From an uncultured Candidatus Saccharibacteria bacterium (GTDB taxonomy: Bacteria > Patescibacteriota > Minisyncoccia > UBA6257 > GWB1-50-10), in NCBI GenBank assembly GCA_964365955.1, contig CAYISA010000005.1:751-64750 (forward strand): a DNA stretch of 64,000 bases. The letters run 5' to 3'. Numbering within the stretch: position 1 is the first letter of the stretch; each line of letters opens with the position of its first letter. This document shows positions 58,926-64,000 of this stretch, in pieces. The notes below the pieces were generated by a model, which did no database searches, had not been told where the DNA came from, and saw only the letters and a list, made by a program, of their open reading frames with translations. Both the position numbers and the translations under genes were made by a program.

Positions 58926-60017
58926 TTATTCCAGCCGCCGCAGCGCCTCTTTAAAGCCGTCATAGGACGCGCTCATGATGAGATACTCCCCTTTCCACGC
59001 GTAATTAAACGAAGCTCCGGGCATGGCAAACGGCTGGTAGCGTGTCGGAGTTCCGTTCGCGGAGCCCGATTTCCAGGACTGCGAAACGCCAGGCGATTCA
59101 AGATAAAAGTTTAAGGAAGCGGAGCTCTTTTCGATTTCCCCGATCTGTTTTTGAAGATCTGGAAGGGAGGTTCCTGTTTTCGCTTTTGCCACAAACCCCA
59201 GCCATGTTCCTTGCGGATTGGTGAGCGCGAATAGCGAGAAATCGGGCTCGAAAGAAGACGCGACGGTAGGGGTGAAGATAGCGGGTAAAACACCCTGGGT
59301 AAAAAGTTCTAACGAGAGAAATTCTCCACCCGATGTTTTTCCTATCATCTCCTTAAAAACAAGAACGTTCGCGGTATCGAACGCGATTGCGTTTTTGATG
59401 TCTGCGACCGTAAGAGAAGCTAACGGAAGATCAATTTCTGTGTCGGTCGGAGATTTAAAAAGGGATGCATGAGATGCAAGGGGCTGGGGAGTATTTTGTG
59501 TCTCCGGTGCGGGCACGGGTTCCGGAGCCGGCGAAGGATTAGGAATAGGAGACGGAATGTTTGGAGTTTCCGCCGGTGCCACATTTGGCGCCGCTTTTTC
59601 CGAAAAAATCATGGGGTAAAGAACAAAATATCCGAGTGCGGCAAGTCCCACAACAATCACCGCGGTAAGAATTCCCACCATCACCCCTTTCGAAGATTTT
59701 TTCGGGGCGCTCATTAACGGCGCGGGAGCGTTCACTGGTGCGGGAGAGGAAGGAGGAACGGGTGCCGGTTTGGGGGGCATAGGAACGGAAAAAGTCGGCG
59801 CGGAAACATTCGCAGTGACAGTCTTCTCGGGTTGCGGTACATACGAGCGCGGCATTCCTCCGCCGCTTTCTTGAGCAGATTTCTGATCGGATGCCATAGT
59901 GCGCGTATCCAGTTTTGGAACAGGAGGAAGCGGCGCGAGCGGAACCTCTCCTTCGCCTGTCCCGATGCCCGGTGTTTTTGTGGGGTCCCAAGGCTGACCC
60001 ATCATTCCGTTTGTCAT
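58926..60017 (-). CDS. Pro-rich single-TM hypothetical protein
   Basis: RTMASD motif, Pro-rich linkers, TM helix. Confidence 0.8.
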   Translation of the reverse strand: MTNGMMGQPWDPTKTPGIGTGEGEVPLAPLPPVPKLDTRTMASDQKSAQESGGGMPRSYVPQPEKTVTANVSAPTFSVPMPPKPAPVPPSSPAPVNAPAPLMSAPKKSSKGVMVGILTAVIVVGLAALGYFVLYPMIFSEKAAPNVAPAETPNIPSPIPNPSPAPEPVPAPETQNTPQPLASHASLFKSPTDTEIDLPLASLTVADIKNAIAFDTANVLVFKEMIGKTSGGEFLSLELFTQGVLPAIFTPTVASSFEPDFSLFALTNPQGTWLGFVAKAKTGTSLPDLQKQIGEIEKSSASLNFYLESPGVSQSWKSGSANGTPTRYQPFAMPGASFNYAWKGEYLIMSASYDGFKEALRRLE

Positions 60018-60087
60018 TATGATTTATTATACCATGACGCAAAAAGCGCTTCCAGAAGAGCGCTTTTTAAAGGCAAAAAACAACAAA

Positions 60088-62160
60088 TTAGACCGCCGCT
60101 TTTTTATTAACTTCGAGCGCTTTCATCGAAAGCCCGATACGCCCCTGTTCCACCCGAATGACTTTTGCCCGTACCACATCTCCCATTTTCACTACATCCT
60201 CCACGCGCTCCACAAACCCATTTTTAAGTTCCGATACGTGGATCATGCCGTCTTTGCCTGCGCCCAAATCCATAATCGCGCCGAAGTCCAATACTTTAAT
60301 AATCGGGCCTTCCACGATCTCCCCGATCCGATATTCATGCACAATTGCCTCCACCATGAGGCGAGCTTTTTCCACCATTGCTCGATCCGTGCCAGACACG
60401 AACACCTTCCCTTCCTGTTCAATGTCGATTGTGATTTTGTTTTCGCACGCCGCAATCATCCCATTGATTACTTTTCCGCCCGGACCGATGACTTCGCCAA
60501 TTTTTTCGGGATCGATCGGGATAATGACCATGAGCGGCGCGAATTCCGAGACATTTGGACGCGGTGCGGAAAGAGCGCCGGAAATAACGCCCAGAATTTC
60601 ATGCCGCGCTTTTTTGCCGCTTGCGAGTGCGTCCTTAAAAATAGTTTCCGTGATTCCGTTTACTTTCACATCCATCTGGATGGCGGTTACGCCCGTATCC
60701 GTTCCCGCTACCTTGAAATCCATATCCCCGTAATGGTCTTCGGGACCCTGAATATCCGTTAAGATTTTATACGCTCCCGTGTCATCCGACATAAGACCGA
60801 TTGCAATTCCACCCACTGGTTTTTTGATGGGGACGCCCGCATCCATAAGCGAAAGTGTCGTCGCACACGTGGAAGCCATGGAAGACGATCCATTCGAAGA
60901 CAGCGTTTCCGCGACTACCCGAATGGTGTAAGGGAACACGTCTTTTGTGGGAATCATATTGATGAGCGCCTTTGCGGCAAGCGCGCCATGCCCGATTTCG
61001 CGCCGTCCGGGACCCCGCGAACGGCCGACTTCTCCGGTAGAAAATTTTGGGAAATTATAATGCAGCATAAAACGTTTTGTCGTTCGCCCCTCCATGGTTT
61101 CGGAGATTTGTTCGGTAGACGGCGAGCCCAGAGTCGTTACTGCAAGAACCTGCGTATCTCCGCGCATAAAAATAGCGGAACCGTGCATGCGGCGAAGCGT
61201 GGCCACTTCCGCGTAAAGAGGACGGATTTCGTCCATCGCCCGGCCGTCCACGCGTTTTCCGTCTTTGATGGCAAAGGTATGCACGAACTCATCCACGATC
61301 TGTTCGAAAATTCCCTCCACCAGTCTCAGGTTTTCCACCGTTTCGCCGCCGGTTTTCAGATGTTCAAAAAGAAAATCTTTTACTTCTCCCAAAGTTTGGT
61401 TTTTGAGAGCCGCTTCCAGATTTTTCAAAACGAAACTTTTTACCGCTTCACGAAGGCGTGGCTCCGGTTCGGGAAGCGCGACATTCGTTTTCTTTTTTCC
61501 GATCTCCTTTATAATCCCTTCCTGAAATTCCACAAGGCGGTTGATTTCGTCTTGGATGGGTTTGTATAATCCTTCAATTTCCCCCTCTTCGATTTCAGTT
61601 CCTTCGAACTCGATCATGTTCACATGATTTTTCATCCCGGCAAAAAATGCTTCGTAACGAAAGATTTGGTCAACGGTCTTGTCAGAAAGCCGAATAGCGG
61701 CTACCGGACCGCCCCACGGGATGTCCGAGATGCCAAGGGCGAGTGACGCCGCCAAAAGGCCCGCTTCGTCGGGGTCGTGTATTTCGTCATAAGAAAGCAC
61801 CGTAAGCGTTATCTGTACATCGCGGCGAAGCCGATGATCGAATAAGGGGCGGATAGTGCGATCGATCAGGCGTCCGGAAAGGGTTGCGTCGTCCGAGCTT
61901 TTTCCTTCTCGACGAACAAAGCGGCTCCCCAAAATTTTCCCGGAAGCATAAAACCGCTCTTCATAGTCCACCGTGAGCGGAAAGAAATCCCCTTCCTTGT
62001 CCTTGTTTCCCATTACGACCGTTGCAAGAACCGCCGTGTCGCCATAATGCGCGATGACCGCCGCATTGGCTTGTTTTGCGAGATCGGAAACCTCGAACGT
62101 AAGTTCCGCATCCCCCATCTTCGTTGACCACTTTTTTCTTTTTAATATTTGTTGTTTCAT
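60088..62160 (-). CDS. pnp: Polyribonucleotide nucleotidyltransferase
   Basis: FFPLTVDY, RLIDRTIRPLF, RREIGHG, SNGSSS, GDMDFK, KH and S1 domains. Confidence 0.98.
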   Translation of the reverse strand: MKQQILKRKKWSTKMGDAELTFEVSDLAKQANAAVIAHYGDTAVLATVVMGNKDKEGDFFPLTVDYEERFYASGKILGSRFVRREGKSSDDATLSGRLIDRTIRPLFDHRLRRDVQITLTVLSYDEIHDPDEAGLLAASLALGISDIPWGGPVAAIRLSDKTVDQIFRYEAFFAGMKNHVNMIEFEGTEIEEGEIEGLYKPIQDEINRLVEFQEGIIKEIGKKKTNVALPEPEPRLREAVKSFVLKNLEAALKNQTLGEVKDFLFEHLKTGGETVENLRLVEGIFEQIVDEFVHTFAIKDGKRVDGRAMDEIRPLYAEVATLRRMHGSAIFMRGDTQVLAVTTLGSPSTEQISETMEGRTTKRFMLHYNFPKFSTGEVGRSRGPGRREIGHGALAAKALINMIPTKDVFPYTIRVVAETLSSNGSSSMASTCATTLSLMDAGVPIKKPVGGIAIGLMSDDTGAYKILTDIQGPEDHYGDMDFKVAGTDTGVTAIQMDVKVNGITETIFKDALASGKKARHEILGVISGALSAPRPNVSEFAPLMVIIPIDPEKIGEVIGPGGKVINGMIAACENKITIDIEQEGKVFVSGTDRAMVEKARLMVEAIVHEYRIGEIVEGPIIKVLDFGAIMDLGAGKDGMIHVSELKNGFVERVEDVVKMGDVVRAKVIRVEQGRIGLSMKALEVNKKAAV

Positions 62161-62178
62161 AACTATTCAATTCTTATC

Positions 62179-62712
62179 TTAACGTGTCTGTTTTTGACGC
62201 TGCGGCCGGATTTTCAAAAGAATGCGGGGGATGGATTCCATTTCGATAAATCGATCCACCTGTTCTTTTAGTTTCCCCGAAGTCGTTCGGCTGAACGCCG
62301 CCACTTCCACCTGTTTTCCCATTCCCCATTTGATGTAATCCACAAGCGGAATAAAGTCTCCGTCGCCGGTCACTAGAATCACAACATCCAGAAAATTAGC
62401 CATGCGGATGGCGTCCACTGCCATACCCACGTCCCAGTCCGCTTTTTTCGAGCCGTCGGCGTTGATCTGAAGTTCCTTTAGGCGAAGCTCCAGTCCTGCT
62501 TTGCGAAGCGCGTCAAAAAAAGATTCTTCCCCCGCTACATATTCGCTTTTTACGACATAGGCGACCGCGCGAATCAGTTGCCGTCCGTCCACGAGCGTGC
62601 GGATCAACTCCTCGAAATTCACGCGCGAGTGATACAGATTTTTCGCAGAATGATAGACGTTCTGCACATCGATGAAAATTCCCACGCGCTGATGCGGATA
62701 CGCATTTGCCAT
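62179..62712 (-). CDS. NYN (LabA/DUF88) domain protein
   Basis: FIDVQN, KADWDVG, GDGDF. Confidence 0.92.
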   Translation of the reverse strand: MANAYPHQRVGIFIDVQNVYHSAKNLYHSRVNFEELIRTLVDGRQLIRAVAYVVKSEYVAGEESFFDALRKAGLELRLKELQINADGSKKADWDVGMAVDAIRMANFLDVVILVTGDGDFIPLVDYIKWGMGKQVEVAAFSRTTSGKLKEQVDRFIEMESIPRILLKIRPQRQKQTR

Positions 62713-62738
62713 AAGGGTGAAAATAAAAATTCCCGAGC

Positions 62739-63005
62739 TTACGCGCTAAGCTCGAGTTTTTTTACTATTTTTTCGTAGTGTTTTTCGTTTTCTTGTTTCA
62801 GATACCGCAGAAACCGGCGACGTTTTCCCACCATCATTAAAAGTCCGCGCCGCGAATGATTGTCCTTTTTGTGTGTTTTTAAGTGTTCTGCGAGGGCGGA
62901 AATCTGCTTGGTAATCAACGCGATCTGCACTTCGGCGGAACCGGTGTCTTTTTCGTGGCGACCAACTTCTTTTGCCGCATTCTGTTTTTGACGCTTGGTA
63001 AGCAT
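62739..63005 (-). CDS. rpsO: 30S ribosomal protein S15
   Basis: [22 protein letters not shown]. Confidence 0.98.
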   Translation of the reverse strand: MLTKRQKQNAAKEVGRHEKDTGSAEVQIALITKQISALAEHLKTHKKDNHSRRGLLMMVGKRRRFLRYLKQENEKHYEKIVKKLELSA

Positions 63006-63092
63006 AAAAGCATTGTAATCCGTACAGTAGAAAATGTCAAAAAATACGTTTCGCAAAAATATTTTGCGACAGATAAGCTATAATGAATTTAG

Positions 63093-63977
63093 ATGAAAGA
63101 AGTCGAGAAGCTTTTAGAGGACTATCTCGGATATCTCGAAGTGGAAAAAAACCGTTCCGCAAAAACGCGCGAAAACTATGGGCGGTATCTTCATGTATTC
63201 CTGAAAGAAACCGGAGTCGCCTCTCCCCGCGGTATCACCGCCGATGCGGTGCGTAAATTTCGCGTAGCGCTTGCACGGACAAACATCAAAAAAATAACGC
63301 AGAGCTATTACGTGATTGCGCTCCGGAATTTTCTGAAATATCTGATGAAGCGCGAGTATGAAACTCTTTCGCCGGACAGGATTGAGCTTCCGAAAATTGC
63401 ACGGCGCGATATCGAAGTGCTGGACTATAAAGAGTTGGAGCGGTTGCTTGCGGCGCCCCAAGGAAACGATCTGCGTGTGCTTCGCGATCGGGCAATCTTG
63501 GAAGTATTGTTTTCGACCGGGCTGCGCGTTTCGGAACTCTGCAAACTGAACCGCTATCTTGATTTGGAGCGCGGGGAAATTTCCATTCGCGGGAAAGGCG
63601 ATAAAATTCGCGTGGTGTTTTTATCCGGCAGTGCGAAGAGTGCGATACAAAAATATCTGAAAGCCCGCGCCGATGCGGAAGAAGCGATGTTCGTAAGTAT
63701 TCAAAAAAACGGAACAGTGAGGGGAGGCATTATCCCGCGTACCATAGAACGCGTGGTGGATACCTATGCGCGCAAGGCAGGGATTCCGAAAAAAGTGCAT
63801 CCCCATCAGCTACGGCACTCGTTCGCGACCGATTTGCTGATCAATGGCGCCGATCTGCGCTCCGTGCAGGAATTACTGGGGCACGCAAACATTTCTACTA
63901 CGCAAGTCTACACTCATTTAACCAACAAAGAACTTCGCGATGTGCACGAAGCATTTCATGGAAGAAGGAGAAAGTAA
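63093..63977 (+). CDS. XerC/XerD-type tyrosine recombinase
   Basis: TGLRVSEL, GKGDK.R, HPHQLRHSFAT, LLGH..ISTTQVY. Confidence 0.93.
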   Translation: MKEVEKLLEDYLGYLEVEKNRSAKTRENYGRYLHVFLKETGVASPRGITADAVRKFRVALARTNIKKITQSYYVIALRNFLKYLMKREYETLSPDRIELPKIARRDIEVLDYKELERLLAAPQGNDLRVLRDRAILEVLFSTGLRVSELCKLNRYLDLERGEISIRGKGDKIRVVFLSGSAKSAIQKYLKARADAEEAMFVSIQKNGTVRGGIIPRTIERVVDTYARKAGIPKKVHPHQLRHSFATDLLINGADLRSVQELLGHANISTTQVYTHLTNKELRDVHEAFHGRRRK

Positions 63978-64000
63978 GAAAGGAAGAGTTGGCATGCGTG

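Noticed and set aside
63093-63977. Phage or ICE integrase marking a mobile element
   Set aside because: Size and motifs fit a housekeeping Xer recombinase next to rpsO; no att site or cargo is visible, though the window ends here
1-64000. CRISPR array, cas genes, reverse transcriptase, transposases, prophage genes
   Set aside because: No spaced repeat array, RT motifs, transposase or phage structural ORFs were recognised

Overview
Chromosomal segment of a reduced-genome bacterium. Gene content and motif variants point to Patescibacteria/CPR (Parcubacteria-like); this assignment is an inference. The standard genetic code fits. The window spans the replication origin (dnaN-oriC-dnaA-rpmH-rnpA-yidC-jag). 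It carries housekeeping genes (trpS, ileS, argS, smpB/ssrA, infC-rpmI-rplT, tRNA-Arg, murE, ruvABC, holA, polA, rsmA, comM, pnp, rpsO/T, a Xer recombinase), a CPR-type VirB4/PrgI/VirB6/pilin locus, and a membrane-anchored Clp ATPase-MFS-DAC-Nudix operon. The most notable unexplained signals are: (1) up to five stand-alone structured intergenic RNA candidates, two of them in an islet with a Zn-finger-like and a PD-(D/E)XK-like gene; (2) an amber-interrupted gene whose 3' end looks like a DGR variable region, with no TR or RT in the window; (3) an apparently leaderless infC starting at ATC; (4) a tRNA nested inside a CDS. All calls come from reading motifs by eye; no database searches or folding programs were run.
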